A DNA stretch of 64,000 nt from Gemmatimonadales bacterium (GTDB taxonomy: Bacteria; Gemmatimonadota; Gemmatimonadetes; Gemmatimonadales; GWC2-71-9): the NCBI GenBank assembly GCA_041577295.1, contig JBFGJG010000014.1, forward strand, positions 17,317 through 81,316, in the 5' to 3' direction. Positions 58,891 through 64,000 of this stretch are shown piece after piece (the first letter of the stretch is position 1; the number at the start of each line of letters is the position of its first letter). The position numbers and the translations under genes were made by a program. The notes beneath the pieces are model-generated. The model saw only the letters and a list, made by a program, of their open reading frames with translations, did not search any database and was not told where the DNA came from.

Positions 58891-61053
58891 TCACGGTTCC
58901 GGTTCTTGTTCCTCGTAGACCGCATACAATCCGCCCACTTCCTCGGCCACCAGGATGGTCGAGCCGGGATCGTTCAGGTCATTGATGTTGCTGCCCCGAT
59001 CCTGGTACAGGCCGGTGACATCTGCAAAGATTGGATGGCCGGACTCGATTTCGACGACGGTGGTGATGAAGTTGTAGTCTGCCTCGGGGTCGAACTCGAG
59101 CCCAAACTCGTTCAGGAACGTGTTCCACCGCGCAGCTTCGGCGACCGCCCCTCCGATGCCCGTGCCACCGGCGAGGTACACGTTACCCCCCGCGTTGACG
59201 TAATCAATGAGCACCTGGTTGTCTGCGGCGTCGCCCGCCAGGAAGATCGCGTCGTACTGGAGGAGGTTCGGCAGCGTGAAGTTCACGGCTGTGCTGACCG
59301 TCCACGTGTGACCGGCCCCGGTCATCGTATTGGCGAGGGAGTTCTGGACGAGACCAAAGTTCGTCGAGTAGACCAGGAAGTTCCCTGGGCCCTCACCAAC
59401 GAACCAACTGGCGACGTTTAGCGCAAACTGTCCGGCGTCCGGAGCGTTGTTGAACCCGGCGTTGCTCAAGGTCCACTCGTCGTTGTTGACGACGATCTTG
59501 CCGCGTGCTTCGGGTTCACCTTCTGCCACGGTGGCCGTGAACTCGAGCGTGCCGGTCTGACAGAGAACGGGTGGCGCATTGGCGCCGTCTTCGATGGCCG
59601 GTGCGAACACCCCGTCCGTGCCGATGCACTTTCCACTGACTTCGAGCACGTTCACGCCGACTTCCACGGTGAAGGTGAACTCGGCAATTCCATCCGCTCC
59701 CGTCATTACGGATGCCGGCGACACGGAACCGGGTTCCGAGGTGACCACGGCGCTCACCGTGGCGCCCTCAACCGGGTTCCCAGCGGCGTCCCTGACCAGC
59801 ACCTGGGCGGTCAGCATGGCGCCGTCTGCCTGGGCCCCAAAGTCGCCGTCGCTCGGCGAGTCCGGTCCGTAGTTCATCTCGGACGGGCGTCCCACCTGGA
59901 AGGAGCTCTCGAAGTTGGTGAAGCCGCCGCACCCACGATCGCAGATGGCGGCAAGCACGGCGTCCGGTTGGACCAGGGCGAGCATCCGATCGCGTACGTT
60001 CACCAGAGCGTTCCTGGCAAACCGGAGGATGCGTTCGAGTTGGTTCACGCCCACCTGCACGGGGCAATCACCCTCCCCGTGTGCCAACGCCACCACTTCG
60101 AAGGTCTCGTTCGTTGCCCTGGCACGAAGGATGGCCAGCTGCTCCACCTCGGCGGGGCTCAATCCGGCATTGGTGGCCGCGCCAGGGGCCCGACACAGCG
60201 AGGCGTTGGCCGGCTGATCCAGGTCGAGTGGCGGATCTGCCGTGATCTCAACACAGTCTCCAAAGAGTGGGATATCGACCAGGGACGAGAGATCTCCACC
60301 AGGCGTCAGGCAAGCCTGCACGGTGATCGTGGTCGTCTGTGTCTCTCCCGCGGCCATGGTGGGCGCGACGGTGACGACGGCCAACGTCGTTCCCTGGTCG
60401 TCCTCGAGCGACACGGAGCCACCCTGCGTGACGTCAATGGTTGCCGAGGCGCAGAGAGCCGGGTTTTCGCACAAGGCCCCCTCCTCGATACGGAAGCTGA
60501 TGGGAAGGGTGCGCCCATCCTTGAGGGCTACGAACTCGCCGGTGTTGACGTTCTTGAGCCCTCTTCCACTGTTCACGACGTCGACATCCGCAAACCCCAG
60601 CGGCGTCATCCCGACGTGCACCGCGATGCGATAGAACCTGTCGTCGGACAGGTTGAACTCGTTCGTGTGCCAGTTCACGATGTAGTGCTCATCGTCCTGA
60701 TCGACACGAATCGTTTCGGATCCCGGTCCGGACGTCGTGGTGAACACGACGGGAAAACCTGCGGGCTGTGGATCGGCGCACGGCGTATCTGCCGTGATCG
60801 GATCGGCAGCCATCAGCTGGCAAATCTCGACGACTGGGCCGACGTTGGGGTTGAAGGGCCGGTCTCCGAAGTTCGGGTGACCACTGGGGTTGGGCACCAT
60901 CGGGGGTTTGAAGAAGAAGTCTTCGTTCCCGCCAGTGGCGCCGTGGTTGATGACGAAGTCGGGCGAGCCGGGCTCGATATCCGTCGGACTAGGTGTGTCC
61001 TGACAGCCGGCGATGATTAGCGCGAGAACGGGGAGGGCCGCTAAGCGTTTCAT
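58891..61053 (-). CDS. Large acidic Cys-rich surface lipoprotein, paralog 1 (Ig-like domain plus C-terminal alpha/beta domain)
   Basis: Start re-assigned to ATG 61053 (MKRLAALPVLALIIAG|C, AAGGA RBS); Big_1-like VRDAAGNPVEGATV...TGADGIA; C-terminal YDAIFLAG...DYVNAGGNVYL. Confidence 0.8.
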   Translation of the reverse strand: MKRLAALPVLALIIAGCQDTPSPTDIEPGSPDFVINHGATGGNEDFFFKPPMVPNPSGHPNFGDRPFNPNVGPVVEICQLMAADPITADTPCADPQPAGFPVVFTTTSGPGSETIRVDQDDEHYIVNWHTNEFNLSDDRFYRIAVHVGMTPLGFADVDVVNSGRGLKNVNTGEFVALKDGRTLPISFRIEEGALCENPALCASATIDVTQGGSVSLEDDQGTTLAVVTVAPTMAAGETQTTTITVQACLTPGGDLSSLVDIPLFGDCVEITADPPLDLDQPANASLCRAPGAATNAGLSPAEVEQLAILRARATNETFEVVALAHGEGDCPVQVGVNQLERILRFARNALVNVRDRMLALVQPDAVLAAICDRGCGGFTNFESSFQVGRPSEMNYGPDSPSDGDFGAQADGAMLTAQVLVRDAAGNPVEGATVSAVVTSEPGSVSPASVMTGADGIAEFTFTVEVGVNVLEVSGKCIGTDGVFAPAIEDGANAPPVLCQTGTLEFTATVAEGEPEARGKIVVNNDEWTLSNAGFNNAPDAGQFALNVASWFVGEGPGNFLVYSTNFGLVQNSLANTMTGAGHTWTVSTAVNFTLPNLLQYDAIFLAGDAADNQVLIDYVNAGGNVYLAGGTGIGGAVAEAARWNTFLNEFGLEFDPEADYNFITTVVEIESGHPIFADVTGLYQDRGSNINDLNDPGSTILVAEEVGGLYAVYEEQEPEP

Positions 61054-61446
61054 CAGACGATTCCTTGCGATCGATTGCTCAGCCTGACGACAGGTCGGGT
61101 CGAGGTGTGGCGATCGCTGAGGGTGAGGAAAGGCGTATACGACAATCGACATCAAATTCCGGGCCTCCTGCGAGCACGGACAACGGAAGGAAATGCGAAC
61201 ACCATCGGTGCAAACAGCTAGGCGGGAGAACCGACTGTGTTGCAGAGCTGCGACAGTCGCTTGGAGTATCAGCGACCAATCAAAATGTCTGGCGTGTATC
61301 AATCGGTCAAATCTCGGAAACGCGTGATCAGCGCACTCAGCGGGCGCACTCTGGTTCGCGAGGATCGGAAGTTTACGACTCATGCGCTCACTGCTCGCAT
61401 GTTGATCGCACGCGTTCGCACATGCGCGAGGTAGGCAGTCAAGCGA

Positions 61447-61473
61447 AAGGGCGGCTCACAAAGAGCCGCCCTT
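61447..61473 (-). terminator. Terminator-like hairpin after lipoprotein paralog 2
   Basis: AAGGGCGGCTC-ACAAA-GAGCCGCCCTT; weak U-tract. Confidence 0.65.
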
Positions 61474-61506
61474 ATTGCCGTCCGTTGAGTGTACCCTAGC
61501 CGAGCG

Positions 61507-63399
61507 TCACGGCTTCACGTTGATCTTCTTCGATTCGACTTGACCGTTCACCACGATCCGATAGGCACCGGTCTTGTTGAGCGTCAGCCCCGTGAACGTG
61601 TAGCAGAAGCTGCCGTCTGGCTCCGGCGTATTGGGGATGGTAACCGGGAGCGGTGGCAGTCCACCAAACGTCACCGGCTCGCCATTGTTCTTCACGGCCT
61701 GGAGGCTCGTGATCTGGGTACCGGGAGTCCCGCACACCTTCAACGGGGCAAACTCGGTCACGCCATCGGAGCCGAGTTTGAACCCGTCAAGTGACTGTGG
61801 CGGATCGGGATCGAACGTCAAGGGCAGCACGCCAATGGCGGTAAACGTCAAGCTTCCGATGCTCAGATCCACAGGGTTTGGGTTGACAGCCGATATTGGC
61901 GGAGCCAGCACGCTTCCCTGGCCGACGCCGATCGCCTCAAACTTTACGGTATTGATACCGGCCTGGACCGTGAAGCTGAAGTCGACGTTCCCGTTCGCAT
62001 CCGAGAGAACAAATGGAGTCTGGGTCGTACCGTTCACGGTCACCGTGACCCGGAGGTCCTTGTACGGGTCCGGGGATGCGGGGCTGCCATCCTCGAACTC
62101 GCCCGAATCAAACACATCGGCGCGCGCGGTGACAACCGTACCCGGATCGTGTTGACCGAGGTCGCCCAGCGGGTTGCTCGGGTCGAAGTCCCACGCCGCG
62201 GGTCCTGCCACCTGGTAGCTGCTTTCGAAGCCGCCAACCGAGGCGCAGCCGCGGTCGCAGGCCACGGCGGGCTCCGGAAGCAGCCGGTCGCTTACCGAAC
62301 GCCAACTGCGCCGCACCAGCCGGGCAAACTGTTGGAGCCGGTTGAACTGATACGCCTGTCCCTGAGCCGGCGCCGGCTGATTACAGTTGGTTGCCTCTCC
62401 ATGTCCCAAAGCGACCGCGAAATTGTCGCCGCTCGAGAAGCGATGGATCGTGAGCCGCGCAACCTGCTCGGCCGTGAGCCCGGCTAGCTGCGCCTGCCCC
62501 GGCGCGTTGCACAGCTCGGCCACTCCGCTGATCGCTCCCTCGTCCAACGCGTTGATCTCGACACACTCACCCCAGGTCACGAGGTCGATCCGGCCCTGAT
62601 CGTGATCATTGATGCTCGCGCCGCGGCCGCGAAGATCGCTGCAGCTCTGGATCGAGAGCGTCGCTCCCTGGTCCGGTGTGGCCGCCGCCAGCGGCTCGTT
62701 GTTCATCTGTGCCACCACCGGCTGGCCTGGGTTCACGGTTGCGGTTACACACACAGTGTTGGGGTCGTTGGGATCGAAACCGGGATCGAGGGCGATACAC
62801 GCGGCGTTCTGCTCGATGATCACCTTGATCGGTACGTTGACCTGACCCTGACCATTGCGGTTCACTCGGCAGAAGGCCTCGCTCGTACAAGCCGCGGTTG
62901 CAGGGCCGTCGTCGACGTCGAGATCCCTGAACGCGTTGAGCGCCAGCGTCGCGAGAAAGATCTCGATGCGATAGTGATAATCCGCGTTCAACACCCCCGC
63001 GTCTCGCAGGTTCGCCCGGTAAAAGCCGCCCGCCGCGTCGTACGTCATCGTGATGTTGACTGGCGCGAACAGGTTGCCGCACGGAAACACGGCGTTGGGC
63101 GGTGCCGGTGGCGGTACACCTTGTCCATCACCCACCGTCAACTGACAGACCCGCGCCGTGGGCACGAGGTTGGGGTTCGGGTTACCGTCGAAGTTGGGGT
63201 TGGTCGGGTCGAAATCCGCCAGCGGTTCGAGAAAGAACACGTCGGGGTTGCCACCTGAATGTCCCCCGTCAACGATGGCGAACGCCGGCTGCCCGCCGTC
63301 TGGCGGCGTCGGGAACCTCGAATCGGTACAAGTCGCAAGGACCACTGCTGCGCCGCCCAGCAGTAGCACTCGGGCGACACTGAGGGGACGAGCGGTCAT
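61507..63399 (-). CDS. Large acidic Cys-rich surface lipoprotein, paralog 2
   Basis: ATG 63399 with GGGAG RBS (MTARPLSVARVLLLGGAAVVLAT|C); collinear motifs shared with paralog 1. Confidence 0.8.
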   Translation of the reverse strand: MTARPLSVARVLLLGGAAVVLATCTDSRFPTPPDGGQPAFAIVDGGHSGGNPDVFFLEPLADFDPTNPNFDGNPNPNLVPTARVCQLTVGDGQGVPPPAPPNAVFPCGNLFAPVNITMTYDAAGGFYRANLRDAGVLNADYHYRIEIFLATLALNAFRDLDVDDGPATAACTSEAFCRVNRNGQGQVNVPIKVIIEQNAACIALDPGFDPNDPNTVCVTATVNPGQPVVAQMNNEPLAAATPDQGATLSIQSCSDLRGRGASINDHDQGRIDLVTWGECVEINALDEGAISGVAELCNAPGQAQLAGLTAEQVARLTIHRFSSGDNFAVALGHGEATNCNQPAPAQGQAYQFNRLQQFARLVRRSWRSVSDRLLPEPAVACDRGCASVGGFESSYQVAGPAAWDFDPSNPLGDLGQHDPGTVVTARADVFDSGEFEDGSPASPDPYKDLRVTVTVNGTTQTPFVLSDANGNVDFSFTVQAGINTVKFEAIGVGQGSVLAPPISAVNPNPVDLSIGSLTFTAIGVLPLTFDPDPPQSLDGFKLGSDGVTEFAPLKVCGTPGTQITSLQAVKNNGEPVTFGGLPPLPVTIPNTPEPDGSFCYTFTGLTLNKTGAYRIVVNGQVESKKINVKP

Positions 63400-63735
63400 A
63401 TGTTTGCTCCCAACGGAAGGTTTGGGCGCGACTTCGCTCAAACGGTGTGTACTCGAGTTTCTCAGTATACCAGGTTTATATCTGATTTCACGAACGCGGT
63501 CAACTGTCGATCAAGTTCAGCGTAGCGTTTGCGTTACAGTCGATGGATGTAAGTCTGCCCAGGATGGAAGATGCCGAGAAGGTGTGGTACTCCGACCACA
63601 GCGTGGTACCAACCGGGCATCGCAATCCGAGGGCCTTTTTTTGGGGATTATGTGACCCTACGGTTCGGGCAAGTCTAGAAGCCTGAAATGGTTGACCAAG
63701 CGACATCCCTTGCCCTGCTGGAGAGTACGTAGGCG

Positions 63736-64000
63736 CTAGTGCCCGTGCCCCCCAAGGGGCTCGGTTGTCGCGACATCTTTAAACTCCGGATGGTCCCGCA
63801 AGGGTCGCCACCACCAGTGCAGATCACGCGACAAATCGATTTTGTGGGTCGGGTTGGCGAGGATATAGTGCTTCCACCGCTCGATCGCACCGTCATAGTC
63901 GCCGAGAATCACTCGGGCCACGGCTTCGTGAGGCGCCACGATGCGGTTCGGATCGATGTCTTGTCCGGCGCGAGCGGCCAGCAGCACGCTCCGAGCGCTG
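63736..64000 (-). CDS. C-terminal fragment of a TPR-containing protein (possibly kinase-TPR type), start outside the window
   Basis: LGDYDGAIERWKHYILANP and WWWRPLRDHPEF, resembling the WDSLRDDPRF ending of 41344..43614. Confidence 0.65.
   Translation of the reverse strand, partial: SARSVLLAARAGQDIDPNRIVAPHEAVARVILGDYDGAIERWKHYILANPTHKIDLSRDLHWWWRPLRDHPEFKDVATTEPLGGHGH

Noticed and set aside
61054..61383. 110-aa N-terminal extension of lipoprotein paralog 1 given by the ORF track
   Set aside because: The signal peptide/lipobox and RBS point to ATG 61053; the extension looks non-coding. No convincing RNA motif was recognised in this ~450-nt gap.
63400..63735. Riboswitch or ncRNA in the AT-richer gap upstream of lipoprotein paralog 2
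   Set aside because: Only short stems and a possible extended -10 (TGG-TATACT, minus strand 63464-63472) were seen; not enough to call.

Overview
GC-rich bacterial chromosomal segment. Gene content and style (Ser/Thr kinase-TPR proteins, Gld-like ABC module, large acidic lipoproteins) suggest Gemmatimonadota; this is an inference. No tRNA, rRNA, CRISPR array, transposase or phage gene was seen. Contents in order: a peptide ABC transporter; lipM-like, gcvP and gcvH; a coaE fusion; tdk; a degenerate DEAD-box/DbpA protein; then a ~14.7-kb tightly coupled + strand gene run. That run opens with a GrdB/PrdB-family selenoprotein that the ORF track splits in two (in-frame UGA, UxxC motif, SECIS-like hairpin) and closes with nurA-herA-[two paralogous secreted proteins]-mre11/sbcD-rad50/sbcC-GNAT. 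After it come a 59-aa membrane ORF missed by the track, a promoter-flanked rod-shaped ncRNA (6S RNA candidate) upstream of folE, fadD genes, a GAF/V4R pair, a pyrimidine-nucleoside phosphorylase, an orphan groES, ybbP-ybbA/tesA, kinase-TPR, ada/ogt, an M23 peptidase, uppS, gldA-gldF/G-DUF4340, a YcnI-like gene, udgB, gyrB, an M20 amidohydrolase and two paralogous large lipoproteins with swapped C-termini. Many start codons were re-assigned by eye from overlaps, RBS and motifs. All family calls are motif recognition; no database searches were run.
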